64,000 nucleotides of DNA from Camelus dromedarius. Its lineage: Eukaryota. Where the stretch lies: NCBI RefSeq assembly GCF_036321535.1, contig NC_087436.1, positions 18,292,001-18,356,000 on the forward strand. Reading direction: 5' to 3'. The position numbers and the translations under genes are program-made. Under the pieces are notes generated by a model, which did not search any database, was not told the origin of the DNA, and worked only from the letters and a program-made list of their open reading frames with translations. The stretch's first letter is position 1, and each line of letters opens with the position of its first letter. Shown here piece by piece: positions 1 to 14,099 of this stretch.

Positions 1-3000
1 CTTCTAAATGCCTTTTCAAATACCTAGTCTGCTCTAAAGAAGATGTAAAACATGCACTAAAAAAAAAAGGAGGAAGAGGAGGAGGAGGGGGCAGTTAACT
101 CTGAAAAGGAAAAAGTCAGTCTCGGTTGAAACAAAAGGAAAGGATGGTGGGGAGAGTGAGCATTCTGAGTATGGTGGCATCTCTGAGCCTTGAGGTTGGA
201 CCGCTGCCCCGGGCTGTGACAGGGCAGCAGAGAGGGGAGTGCGGCAAAGGTTCATAAACCTGGGCTAAAATCCCGCCACAACCCTGACCAGCCCCGCCAC
301 CCCCACGCAAGTCAATTCCAAACCTATCTGAACTGCAGCTCTTCATCTGCACAATGGAGATCATGTAAACGCTCTTAGGGAACTACTGACAGCATCAAAG
401 CCAGTCAGGAATGTATACAGATTTCCATAAACTATTAAATGAGTAGGTAATCAGCACAGCTGAGTTACCAAACATCTAAGCATTCAGTGGTGGTACCCAC
501 TCAACGGGAGGGAGCAGTGAATGGGTCGTGGTGAGTGACGTCCACCAATCAATAGAAACTTGCCTGGGTTTCTACACTGTGGTCACATAAAGGGGAAAAT
601 AAGAGATTTGTGGAAGAGACTTATTTCTCCCTCACTCCAGAATGATGTTTCAACTAAGATTCAAAAAAAAAATTTTTTTAAAGTCGTTTCAGGGTTTTTT
701 ACACTGTATTTGTCTATATTCGGAAGGAAACATCTTGTTAGTACTCCCTTTTCAAATTAAAGCTCTAAAAAGAAAATCTTGTCCAAATGGGACCACCACG
801 TTAAGTCATGCATGCCACTCAAAAAGTTTTAGGCTTAGGCACGAGGAAGGATGGGTGACAATGCAATGTTATTTCCCAACTTCTTGAAAGGAAAGTGAAA
901 CAGGAAGTGATGGTTATTTCATGGCCAGAACATCATACATATGGAGTCCATTACTCAAAAGTCTGGAGATTTTTTAAAGCAATTCAACAGTTCTTGATTA
1001 CAGCAACTGACAGCAATATGCAATAAACCACAACAATGGCAATTGACACTGATTACATTTTGATCAGTTCCTACAATTCCGAGCTCATTTGTTACTGAGC
1101 TTGTCAGACAAGCTGCAGATACATTCAAGAAATCAAATTAAGCGCTCTGATTAAAGGTGCAATCCTTTATAACTAGGACTAAATAATTCTGTTCTGGAGG
1201 CTTTGCCAACCAATTACTGCAGTAACTGAATATTCTCTGTCTCATTAAATCAATTATTTAAATCTCATACAAGTCAGATAACATTTTCAATCAACTGGCT
1301 ACCAGCAAATCACCATTTTAAAATCCAGGAGGCTTCTAAAAGCAATCTTTTATTTTCTGCTTCTGACCAAAGGATCATTCTATATTTTGAGAACCATATG
1401 GAAAAACAAGCCATCCTTTGAATTCATGGAATAAAAAGTAGCGGTCACACCAGAAGCCAAAGACTACACAGTGTCTGTGGTACCGATCCGCTGTTAAAGT
1501 TGCACTGTTTTCAAATCACTCAATCACCCCTCGCAGCTCTTTACAAGATGCCCTGGGACTAGATAAATTTGTTAATACCTTACTTGGGATTCAAACCTAA
1601 AAATGCACTTAAGAGTGTTCTATCAGAATATATGTTCTACCATAAATAAGGTAGAAATTCTGGCTCCTTTCTGGCCAAGGAACACCACCTCGTGGATTAG
1701 TCTGAAACCTACACTAATAAGCACAGATACAAATAGATGACTTTTTTATTTGGGTGAATGTTTCCTAATCATATAAACCAGTGGTCATTTTTTTGAAACT
1801 GGAAACTTCCAGCCCAGCCCTAAGCTCTGGCTCCCTACCGGACACTGACTTGGGTCCCACTTGAAAGTACCTGAAGCAGCACAGTGACTGAATGAGTTCT
1901 GAGAATATTCTTTATCAATCCAAAATCCGAATTTTTTTTCACCTACATTAGTTTACTTTTTCACCAAATCTATGTGAAAAAGTTGTCCTACAAACAAACA
2001 AGTAAGGTGATATTTTTCAAGTAAAATCCTTCTAAATTAGTCTTATTTCTGGCTCTCTATGGTTGTGTCTTAAGTAAAATCATCCAGCTGTTTTTGTACA
2101 TTAAATTCAGAAATAAACAGTAAATTCATCAGCACACACAAGCTACCACAGCATTTTTTCAGAACTTCGCCTCCCTGCTTTGACGTCTTCATTGCAAAGT
2201 GGAGAATACGGGACAATTATAACTCGTTTCAGTTGTAACCTACCGATAGCTATTGTAATTCATCTGTTACATTCTCACTCCACTTACTAAAAAACGGTGA
2301 CTCACCCAAAGACACCTCAGCTGATATTTCTCCCTGCCTTCCCCAAATGCAAGTTTCTATTAAAAAAAAAAAAAAGCACAAAAAACACAAAAACTTTTAC
2401 TAGACTATGTGTCTGCTGTTAGACAAAAAAAAAGAAGAAAAGGAAGAACACCTGTAAAGGGAAGGAAGGCAACTGCCCACTGGGACACATTCTTATGGAA
2501 CCTTAAGAAGTGTGGTCCAGGGAAAAGCTAGGAGGCTGCTGGAAAATCCAGTAGATGGCTACCTTCTGTCCCCAGGATGGAAGATGACTGAGATGGCAAA
2601 CAATTCTCATCGCCCAGGGAGGAAGGCAGCTGCCCACTCCTTTACCTGACCTGGAGGAGTACAAACGATGTGCCTCTTTGGAGGAATGTCTACAGTCAGC
2701 TGCCATTAGTATTTCATGCATGGTGGAGAGGAGAGAGGGGGCAGGGGAGACGGAAGGGGAAGGGGGAAGAGGAAGAATGGAGAGAAACATTTTTCTCTAC
2801 TTTAATCTTAAACATGAAGGGTAAAGACACAATCAAAAAAAGAGGCAAGTGAAGAAGACATGCAAGATACTAAGCATGCATCTTTCCTTTAGAAATAATC
2901 ACAAACTTTTATGCATGAGTATTTAAGAATGCTGAAAATATTTCAATACAAAAACATTTTATGTAAAATGAGAATAACAGAAAAACAACAGTAAAGTCAA

Positions 3001-5480
3001 TAATTAGGTCTTAAGAACTAAAGAGAACTATGCAAAGTAAATAGAATTTCTTGTCAAAAAATACAAAACTACCTGGAACTTTTTCTCAGATACTTAAAAG
3101 GTTAGATTATTTTTCATATCTACAAATAAAAATGGATTACAAACGTAACGGATTTTGAAAAAATTCAAGTTTGAGATAAACATTACCTGGAGGAATAAAC
3201 GTTTTTTAAATTAACCACCTAGTACGATGAATGGGCAAAATTATCAGATTTAATTTTCTATAGGAGGGGAAAATACCGACTGGTATGAAAAACAAAGTTA
3301 AAAATCTGGCAGATTCACCCAATTTTTTTCTCTCCAACATACATAACCTTGAAGAAATGTAGAGAGGTTGGGAAAAGCTGGAGAGAAACAGCATGTATGG
3401 AGCAGTGTGTACACAACTATTCAGAAACTCAAAAAAAAATTTTTTTTAGGAAGAGGAATAAATTGTTTCCATTTGAACACTTGCTGAATTAGGAAGAAAG
3501 GAAAGAAATATGTTAAGGAAATCTTACATGTCTTAGGAAATAGTAAACAAATCTAATTTGTTAAAATCCAAAGTTTGAGTTGGTAATGTAAATAACAAGA
3601 AAATGACATCAATGCTTAAAAAAAAAAAAAGTCCACAGTTTATGATGGACAATGCTAAATTTCATCTTAGGAATTATTTATAAATGAAGTAAAACAAATG
3701 TATGCTTTGCAGCCCTCTTAAATGAATCACTTAAGAAGATAACAAGTCAGTTATCTTTTCCTTGAGTCAATTCTCTAATCTCTGTTTGCAGAATGGTATT
3801 ACTGGAAACATTGCATCTCCTCCACCAGCAGCTTAAATGAGGTTGTATCACCCTTGTGCCCTGGAGGTCTACCTTGAGTCTCAGGGAAAGCAAACACAGT
3901 CTTCTAGGTCATGAAGTTTTGAGGGTTTAGATATTTTAAACGCCTTGCAAGTTAAGGACCATCTTGGGACATTTCCCATGAGCAGAGGAAACTACCACCT
4001 TGGGGATGCTGGTGACCGCGTGGGATTTTATGAGACTGAGAACAAATTCTGAGACAGCTGAACATCTCAGGGTGACCAAAGAGACACTTGCTTGTTCGAA
4101 CTTGCCTTGAACGTGAACAAGAAGCTAGTAAAAATAACGCTAGGACCCTTAGGACCAATCCTATCGCCAAGTGCGCCTTTCAGCCAAAATCTCCCCTTCT
4201 GATACCAAGAGAGTCTTCCAGTTCTAATCATTATAACACTGTCTTGGAAAAGAGACGTGTTTCTAATTTTAAAATTAACTAAAAGCAGATGCCACAGCCC
4301 CATTAAACTCTTACAGCTGCTACTGAACCACTGGCAACCCGAGTCTATTTAATTTGGAGACCACTCCTGGTAAAGAGGAAAATCTGACTGCCAAAACTGC
4401 ACACCCAAGTTAAACCAGAGAGGCAGAAAATGAAAACAGCTCATAAAAGCAAATGTATTCTAATAAGGCTCTCTCTAAGGGATGATAAGCAATTTTTCCT
4501 GTGGTTAATGCCTAAGGAAAAAAAGGGCGGGGGGTGTGCTGCTTATTAAATTCTGAATTCAAATACAGCCAAATAAGCAATGTTGTCTGTAACATCTCAG
4601 CTGATTTTATCCACCTCGGTTTATGCTTCCTGAAAATGAGTCTTTGCCACGATGCTTTAGGATGCAGACAGGTTTAGATGCATTGACAATACCCCCTGGA
4701 GGTTGTTAATATTGATTAATTAAAAGTGAGACATCAAATTAATTAATAGTTAGCAAGGTCATAAGGACAGATTAGTTTCACACCAGTGAGTTATCATCAC
4801 CCCTCAAGAGGCAGTCTGCTTTGGGCTGGGGGGAGAAACGGGGCATCTTACAGGTGGCCCTGAGCCGACAGCCGAGTGTAATGTAAAAGCGCTTTGTCAT
4901 TCCCATAATGTCTGGGGTAATGAAATGAATTCACTTTCTGGCTTCCTCTAGTCTGCGATGCCAAAGAACACTGTGTTATCAGCACAGATGGAGCAGGCGT
5001 GGTTCTGGAGAAGAGCCTGGTGCAAACTACAAACAAGCCACTGTGAATACCAATGAATCCCTGAGCATCAGACCCTTGCTGATGAGTGACCGCTCTGGAA
5101 GCACCATAAAAAAAAAGCGCATCTCAGGGGGCTTGTCCAACCAAATGTACTGTCAAGACTTCGGACAGGCAATTTGGAAGCCACACAAATCACAGAGGCC
5201 AGGCTGCTCCTTTCCTGTGAGAAGCAAGCACAGGAAGACATTCACCCATGAGCTGCGTTCTTTTCTTCCTTTATTTCTCAGTAAGTAAAGAGGCAGCGGG
5301 TCACCTGTGCTGAGCAAATACTAATCTACCTCTCTGAGCCCGCCATCCCTGCTCAGGAGAAAACGACTCTAGGAAAGAACGGATTCACTAGTGTGCTGCA
5401 CATGGCTGTGAAACATGAAGTTGTCAAGTCAATGAACACAAACACATAACGCAGGGGAAATGATTAGAAAAGAGGCATAC

Positions 5481-5555
5481 CCATCAACAAGCTCAGAAGC
5501 TTCTGGACCTTTGAACTCACCCCCACAACTCTGTACAATCCTTGGTCGTTTATAC
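5481..5555 (-). CDS. ARHGAP10: ARHGAP10 coding exon (~exon 14), RhoGAP arginine-finger exon; INDQGLYRVVGVSSKVQKLLSLLM
   Basis: 75 nt, phase 1-1, ..caatag / gtatgc; GLYR motif; next exon not found, so presumably beyond the left edge of the window. Confidence 0.96.
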
Positions 5556-6416
5556 CTATTGGAAGAGAGGACATGTTAGCAAAATACCAACCAAATTTTT
5601 TAAAGCTGTCAACAAATAGTCGCATTTAGAAACTTTGCTAACTCACATTAGCAGCCTTCCTCTGACTATAAAAATAACTGGTCCACAAAAGCAAGTGTTT
5701 ACCAACTTGTTTTAGCAGCTTGGTATTCATGAGTTATGGCTGGAAAATAATCTCATAAAACAATTCTCCATGTGCACAAAATGTAAGGTGCTGGTGCTAA
5801 CGAAGTCAGTCAGCTAACCGTGCTAACATATCCCAATGTAATTTGTAAAGATACACTGTACCTCTCATGTTTTTTATGTTTACTTATTCTTGACATTTTT
5901 CTTGGAAAGTTTTAGCCTTTTAAAAATAATACGGTGCTGACTTGTACACAGAAAGAAATCGTCGTTTGGCTGATTCTTGAAGACCATGGAAATCATTCAC
6001 TCAAAAGTAAGGCAAAACGTGTTTTAAGAGCTGTTATATGCACTGCCCAGTGAGGAGCACTGAAACTCCAAATGAGCATCACAGCAAAATTATACGTCAC
6101 AGTGAACCAAATCACCACAGGGCCCTGGAAACAAAGCATCTCTGGGGCCAACAGAAAAGAAACAAAGGCAAGAAAATGCATTGTCAAGTATAACTTAATA
6201 TGTTGGGCACATGATTTTATTTGGATTCTGATGTGAACAAACCAATTGTAAAAGGACATTTTTGAGGCAATCAGGAAACTTTGAGTGGCATCGGGGTTAT
6301 GTTAGAAATCACCTATTTTTTTTGTCATATACCACAAGGGGTGAGAGTAACCTGTCTTAGATTTGCTTGAAGAGGGAGGGAGGGATAGGTGGAGCGACTG
6401 TAGGAGAATCTTGATG

Positions 6417-6680
6417 GAGGTCATGAGGGTGGACCCTAATCCAATACGACTGGCATCCTCACAAGAAGAGATGAGGATACAGACACAGAGGGAAGGTTTT
6501 GTGAAAACACTGGGAGAAGGTGGCCGTCTACAAGCCAAGGAGCAGGACCCTCAGAGGGAACCAACCCAGGCGACACCCCGTCTCGGACCTCTAGCCCCGA
6601 GAGATGTGAGGAAATCACTTTCTGCTGTGTAAGCCCTCCAGTCTGGGGTACTTGAGCACGGCAGCCCCAGCAAACAGACA
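6417..6680 (+). mobile_element. MaLR solo LTR fragment (MLT1A/B/C-like)
   Basis: gggtggaccctaatccaatacgactgg...tctacaagccaagg...ttctgctgtgtaagccctccagtctg...gcagccccagcaaac resembles the MLT1 consensus. Confidence 0.8.
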
Positions 6681-7334
6681 TGCCCTTATCTCCACAGAGC
6701 ACAAAGAACCCACGTGCAAAGGCTGGCCCCGCAGCCTCCACGGGACTCCAGGCACCTTCACGATGGGAAACGCTCACAGACTCCAAAAGAGGAGGAAAAT
6801 GCAGGTCAGCCCTGCCAGGAGTTGGGAAAGAGAAACTACCAAGAAACACAGAAGTCAACAGGGTGAGCTGCTACAGGAGAAGAGACCAGACCTCACTCCT
6901 TCCTCCTCCTACAGGCTAGACGGCCATGTCCAGAGAGTCTGAAATACCAGAGGATTTTTTTTCAATGCTCCTCTATTGAAGAAACCTAAAATAGCTTGGC
7001 CTCCATGCCAGGAGCCAAAAGAGCAAGTCATCTTCTGCAAACAAACGTGCCTCTGTGAGAAGTGCCCGACAGACGTAGAGAAATGAAGCGAGGATGTTAT
7101 TTCGGCAATAATCATCACTCTGTGCTGGTAATTACTATCAACTAATTGATCAAGTTCAAATTCATAACCTGAGAGAAGGAAAGTTAATTGCTAAGGCATC
7201 ATGAAAGGTGCGAGGGGGAACTCATGCTACACAACACAGTTTTTACTTCAGTAAAATGAAATTTAAATAAACCTCATACAAAAGCAGCTTGGAAACAGCA
7301 CGTAAACACGTAACAGTCATGTAGGATCTTTTGT

Positions 7335-7446
7335 TTTAATCTGTGAGGTTTTTTTGTTTATTCGTCTTAATGGAGGTACTGGGGACTGAACTGAGGACCT
7401 CGTGCATGTTAAGCATGTGCCCTACCACTGAGCTACACCCTCCTCC
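7335..7446 (-). mobile_element. tRNA-derived camelid SINE (Vic-1 type)
   Basis: Reverse complement: gggtgtagctcagtggtagggcacatgcttaacatgcacgaggtcctcagttcagtccccagtacctcc + A-rich tail; Pol III A/B boxes. Confidence 0.85.
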
Positions 7447-7621
7447 ACTTGAGTCATGTAGGGTTTTTGGTTGTTGCACTGTCCTTTGAAGCTCTAGACT
7501 AAGAAAATCAGAACATACTTTATATCTAAGAACACGCATATCATATAAAAGACATCATACAAATACATTTGAAGAATATAAACCAATCAATATGTCAAGT
7601 CATAGGATTTCAAAGCCTATC

Positions 7622-8301
7622 TTTTTTTTTTTTTTTATTGTAGCATAGTCAGTTTACAATGTTGTGTCAATTTCTGGGGTACAGCATAATGTTTCAGTCA
7701 TATGTGAACATACATACATTCCTTTTCACATTTTTTCAATATAGATTACTACAAGATACTGAATATAGTTTCCTGTGCTATACAGACAAAACTTGTTATC
7801 TATTTTATATATAGTAGTTAGTATCTGCAAATCTCAGATTCCTAATTTATCCCTCCACCCCCCTGCCCCCAATAACCATAAGTTTGTTTTTATGTCTATG
7901 AGTGCTTCTGTTTTGTAAATAAATTCATTTGTCTTTTTTTTTTTTTAATTCCACATATGAGTGATATCATGTAGTACTTTTCTTTTTCTTTCTGGCTTAC
8001 TTCAATTAGAATGACATTCTCCAGGTCCATCCATGTTGCTGCAAATGGCACTATTTTCTTCATTTTTATGGCTGAGTAGTATCCCATTGTATAAATATAC
8101 CACAGCTTCTTTATCCAGTCATCTGTTGATGGACATTTAGGTTGTTTCCATGTCTTGGCTACTGTAAATAGTGCTGCTCTGAACACTGGAGTGCATGTAT
8201 CTTTTTGAATTACAGTTGCCTCCAGATATACGCCCAGGAGTGGAATTGCTGGATGATATGGTTAAGTCTGTTTTTAGTTTTTTTGAGGAGTCACCTTACT
8301 G
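7622..8301 (-). mobile_element. 5'-truncated young L1 (ORF2 C-terminus + 3'UTR + polyA)
   Basis: Track ORF 7896..8186 (AALFTVAKTWKQPKCPSTDDWIKKLWYIYTM) is the L1 ORF2 tail; TSD tcaaagcctatctt (7610-7623) / tcaaggcttatctt (8302-8315). Confidence 0.92.
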
Positions 8302-11300
8302 TCAAGGCTTATCTTCTCTACCTTCCCTTCCCAATTTCCCTCTTTCAGCCAAAGAGGGATCACTATTTCTTATCACCAAGTATCAGAATTTTGAAATTTT
8401 ATTTGATTCCTCCCTGTCACTTTCCAAACTCCACAGATCAACATCTACCTTTTCTTCACACTTCAGATCAATCTCTGCTTCTTCAACACGGCCTTGAACT
8501 TTATGCACACACATTTATTAGGGCCCGTGCGCACACACACAACCATAATCCATTCTGAACACCATCATCATTTTCTCCATCTTTTTATTTTTTGAGCCAC
8601 TCTGATGCTCTCAGGTCTCCTCCACCCCACTGAAGAGTAAGTCATCCAATCAAGTCCAAAGTCCTCAGCTGAATGAGCTCGTAAGGAAGACATAAACACA
8701 TAACCCTCCAGAATAGGCCCCAGCTCACCTTCCTGCATTCACTGCAGAGTATTCGCTGTAAATCAGAGCAGACACCTGACTGTCACCCACAAATGGCCAA
8801 ACTCATTGCCTCCTCAGGCACAAGTCTCCTCTGACAGGAAGGTCCTTCCCCTTTGCTCCACTGATTACTCATCTGCCAAATATTTACTCATCAAATACGT
8901 GACAGGTGCTATTCCAGGTGCCCAAGATTCAACAGTCAGCAAAATCAAGTCCCAGCCAGACCTTCAAAACCAGAAAAAAGAAAAAACATGCCACCTTGTC
9001 CGACACCGCCCCACGGTGATGCTCCTTTTTTTGGAACATGACTTTTCACTCCTTTTAACACCTGATGACATTTTTTAAAACAAGCCCACCATTCACAACC
9101 CCTAAAATCAAAAATCTGAATGCTTGACCGGACGTCTGGTTATTTAGGTCTGTATTTTTCCCCACTCAGTGTCAATATTCTTATTTCACCATGTTCAAAG
9201 TAATTTCCACCCCAAACTTATCTAGAGCTGCTCTGTGCTCTATAGCATATGTCCCATATTACAGTCTCTCAAACACACCCACCTCAGAATTTTCAGATAG
9301 AGAATTGGGGACCAGCGTTCTTCCTTCTCTCCCAAAATACTGAGATATTATCCAGAGAGATACTAGGTTAACCTTGGTTTTAGGGGTGAGGTGCAGGGGG
9401 AGGAGAAATTGTTTGTTACTAATACCTTTCACAGTGCCTTGCATAGAATGGTAAACCTAGATGATTCGACTTGAAATAACTTTAGGACTACAGATATAGA
9501 TTGGACTTGGGCCAAAACAGACATTCCACTTAGGAACTAAAAACTTACAGAATTAAATATCCAAGGTATTAAAACTTTTCCAGCATATCAAAGCTCACTG
9601 ACAGATATCATTACTATAATATTTTCTAATTTTTAACAAAAACCTATAATCTGGTCAAAGTGTTTATATGCCCAAGTTTTTCTCCTTTTTAACAAATCAA
9701 ATGGGTTCTGGTCAGTACAAAAAGAAAGGCAAGGGCTTTCCACTCAGTGATGAGCAGCTGACGACAGCCAACCCTGGGCAAAGTGGCTCCAGTGAAATCA
9801 AATGTGTCTTCCTTCTCACCACCACCCGTCTCCCCCAGTTTCACACAGTGCTGTCACAGAGCACCACCCACGTCTTCCTTGAGGAGAGGGTCAGAAAGGA
9901 GCAATGAGTCAGGTTGCATCATCATATCTGTCTCACTGTTTCCCTCTCGGAACCCAGATGATGCTGCCAGAGCCATCGTCCACTCCACCCTGGGAAACGC
10001 CCGCGTGGACCACTGGTGAATACCCAGAGGCCCCGGCAGGTGGGCTGGAGAATCCGAGGAGAAAATGAGATGCTCTGTGACAAGAAAAGAACGACATGCA
10101 AAAGGAAAAAACGTTTTAAAGGGCTGGTAGAGTCTGTTAAACAGCAGAGGGGGAGGCAAAGGCTGGGGAGGCTAAACTGACAAGTGAATGTGGTGAGCAA
10201 GAAGAACACAAAGTGGCTCTCAGAGTCAAGGAAGCAGAAGAGAGAAGACAGGTAGTAAAGCTGCACACAGGAAACGTAAACAGGGAGAAGAGGAACAGAC
10301 AATGAAAGGCAGGAGAAGTAGGGAGGAAACGAGAAGGTAACAGGCTAGGAATTATAACACATTTCAGTTCCTGTTAACATCATAAAAAGTACTGAGTACT
10401 TACTATATCCCAGACACTAATGTGGAATCCAGGGTAGACAGAGGGTAAAATTAAGAAGAGTTAAAAATGAAAAGAGAGAGCAACTCGAGGCCAACCCAGC
10501 CATAAAGTCTTTACTTCAGAAAAAGAAACTTGGTTTCAGAAGCAGACTCTGTGCCTGAAAGCACATGATATACATTTAATAAATAAGGCTGAATATATCA
10601 ATAAACTGAAAAAATGATTGATAAGTTGATGGCTGCTTAGTAAAGAGATACGGAAAGAAAATAAAGAGACAGAAAAGATTATTTGTAACTAGAAAACGTC
10701 AATACTTTTGATGGTAACAGGCACAAGTAAAAAGAATTTTCCAGGTGTATGATTCTACAGAAGTCGATGATCAAATTTTGTGGGTCTATAAACTACACAC
10801 ATCCAGTTTTCATCTAGTAAACAGCAGAGTGCTTGGCACAAACAGAGGTCCCTGATCAGTATTTACAGATGGAGTGCAATGTTCATTCACATTTGTATGT
10901 GTTGACAACAGGGGTGAAAGGTCATTAACGTTCCTGTAGGCATTCACAGGAGTGACATCAAGTGTGCAACGTGTCATTATGAACATGCATGAATACAAAT
11001 AGAGGTTTACATATCGCACCAGCACTGCGAAGACAGATTCCCCTGTGGGCTATGAAATGAGCGAACATAAACTTTCATGCATGTATGTGTACGTAAAATA
11101 ATTGTAAATGTTTTATAATTGTATCATATATAATTATAAATACTTGCTAATCTTGAAAGATTCTTGCAAATGAAAAGGAAACACGTAACAGGTGAAATGA
11201 TTAGGAAAAATTTGTGAAGGAGTACCTGGTGATGAGGCTTAAGGATGATATGCTACAAAGGTTACTCAAAGCAATGAAGAGGCTCATGAATATTGTTTCA

Positions 11301-11934
11301 GTTCATAGGTGAATTATAAAAACTTGATAGTATGTCCCTTACGTATATTTATAACTAAACCTCAATAAGCATGATGTTTCAGTGTCTGTGTAAGTACAGG
11401 AAATGCTTTCCAGGCTAACCACTACATTGAGTTACATAAAAATAAATAGGTTCATACACAGTGATACCCGTCCAAGATACAGGGCGATGCATAATATTTT
11501 AAGGTCCTGTCAAAAACATGTTTCTATTAGTTTTAAATACAAGCACACAGAACCAAGAACGAGTCACTCTTCCATCAAAAGGACATACCATTCAACATCA
11601 TAAATTGAAGAAATTGCATGTATAAAATTGCAGAATTCTAAAACCTTAGAAGAATGCATTATTTTTAATACTTACAATGTATTAAATATTGCAAAAAGCA
11701 GGGTAAGAGACAAGTTCTAAGCACTGGGACAGTTAGAAGATTAACTATACCTGTATGAAAATGAGAAGCTCAAAGCTGAAAATGATACGGAGTAACATTT
11801 TAACCTCTCAAGATCTTGGTCCCCTCATTTAAAAAAAAAGCATATCCTAGAAACACAAATTTGTTACAGTTGTAAGATATGAATTATTACAAATTAAGGT
11901 TACTGATATCTTGGAAACTTCCAACTCTCCCACC

Positions 11935-12095
11935 TCCCAGTTGTATGACCTGGCATATCACTTTATTTCTCTGTTTCACCTTTCTCTGAAAAATGAGGTT
12001 AATGATGGAATGAGGTTGTTGTGAAAATTAAAGGAGATAATGCTTATAAAGCATACGCATGAGCCTCACGTGACAAGCACTCAAGAAAACCTTTC
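11935..12095 (+). mobile_element. MIR SINE fragment
   Basis: tgtatgacctgg..tcactt..tctctg...gaggttgttgtgaaaattaaaggagataatgcttataaagca core-like sequence. Confidence 0.65.
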
Positions 12096-14099
12096 TAATT
12101 GTAGCATAATATTCAAAATTAAGACCAAAATAGCTTGGCATAATACATATAAAAGTCACCCTAACCAAGGCCTGTAGCCTACAGCCCTCTTCCATAAAAT
12201 AAAGCATATGTTGGGAAGAGAGTCCAAGTTTATCGAATATGCATGACTCATGGAAAATACAAAATTCCTGATCTCCAATAACATTTGGAATTTCTCCCCC
12301 TGGATGCTAATTATTTGGTGGCAGGTAAGAAAGCGCTGCAGACTGTGCCGATCTGCCAGGAACCGAGCAGCGTTCCCTTCCTATGAAGTCTCCTCATGTA
12401 AATCCACTTCTGTGCTGTGAGCAGGAGCCTCCCTGGCAGCAGGCGCTCCAAGGAGAGGGCTCATGACCTCATTCCCATGTTCATTTCACACTCACACCGA
12501 CCCAAGACTGAGCTCAGGAATCCGCCAGCTCGGCACCCCTGGGGCTGGCCGTCCCGTGCACTTCCGCCCCTGCCTCCTATCCCAGCAGAAGTGACAAATA
12601 TTTAATTAAAAAAAAAAGTACTTCAGGTCCAAGCCAGGATCTTCGGACGGACTGCCAATTTCAGGACTCTTCGGACACACCTCTAGCCCTGACTCAAAGT
12701 CTCATCCTCTCGAATCCAACTCTCAAACCCAAAGGGTGTTTGGTTTATCAAGGGCTACCTTTGTATTCGGGTCAGAATGGACTGCAGAATGCTCCTAGCA
12801 CTCTGTGTGGCTGGCCTCGGCTCCAGTGTCTAGCCAGCACAAGAGAAAGCGTTTTTGTTCAGACCAGACAACCCCTAGACTTGTTGCTATTCCTGGTACA
12901 ACCGCCCAAGCCCGCGGGCAGGATGCCTAGAGGAGGCAGCTCCAGGGTAACAGGGAGTGTCCCCTCTCTTCAGGACCGCTCAGAGTCCCACTCTCTTCCC
13001 AGAGGTCGAGTGTCTAGCTGTGCCAGGATCTCACACATCTAGCTGCGACTCCTTCAATGTGCCCTCCAGTCCTTCCTCATAGGCTGAACGCTGGGGTAAG
13101 AAACATCTCACAGCCTCTGGGCCTTGAGGCGGAACTCAGCTCCCCGATCACCACTAAGTTGCACTGTCAACCAACTCTTCCCCTCACTTGACTTCTTCTG
13201 CCACAAGATGATGCTTGCTTAAGAGCTGGAGACCAGGATTGGAATTCCAGCCCTGCCACTTTCTACGTGTCTCCTCATATGCACCTGAGCCTAGTAAAGA
13301 AGCTAAGTCCGTTCAACTACCTACGGAGTGGTGGAGGGGGTGGGTGACCTGGAGTACAGGAAACCCTCGGAAAACCTAAAATGCTATTTATTAGGATTTA
13401 AACATTGTCAGATGCAGCTTCCACACTGACACTAAGAGGCTTTCCAAGGCATTGCAGAGATTTTTCAGAAAAGTGGACAAATCTTTCTTGGGTTGATGGG
13501 ACACCCTCCGAGGTCCATGATGGGGTTGCTGTGGAGAGAAGGCAGGGAAGGCAGGTGTAACTTCAGAAAGGCTTCATCCCAAATCTAGGGGGGCACTTCA
13601 GAGAACGATGCTCAAATCTTCCCTCCCCACTTTCCTTTCCTATCACCTGGAGTTTCAAAACTCCTCTGTTCTTTAAAAATTTGTCTCCTCTTTATTTGTT
13701 CATCCACCTCCAACATCTTCAGGTCAGCCTTGAAAGTCCCCAACTCCTTGTGCTCACTATGGTTAAGGACAGGAGAAGAGCCAGTCTTGGATTTGAGCTG
13801 GAGCCTGCTTCTCTCCAGCCCTGAGACTCACTCGGGTCAGCGGACGACTCTTCAGGTCAGCTGCATGTGTAAAGTGGAGAAATACCAGTGCGTCACGGGG
13901 TTCTTGTGAGAACAACACGTGCAAAGGACAACTCGTACAACCCTGTTCTTCAACAAGGGACAACCCATACGACTTCGTTCTTCTCTCGTTTCTTGACTTC
14001 CTGCCTTCCCAGGGGTGGTTTCTTGGTCTTCTTCCTGCCTGAACCATGCAGGGCATTTGATACTGTCCACATCCTCCTCCCTGGAATCTCCCACTGGAT

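Noticed and set aside
41..56. agatgtaaaacatgca resembles the start of the next ARHGAP10 exon (DVKTC)
   Set aside because: Wrong strand, one A short, and followed by a stop and poly(A); chance similarity
6302..6942. Cluster of overlapping 78-140 aa ORFs
   Set aside because: Overlap an MLT1 LTR and GC-richer flank; no recognisable protein
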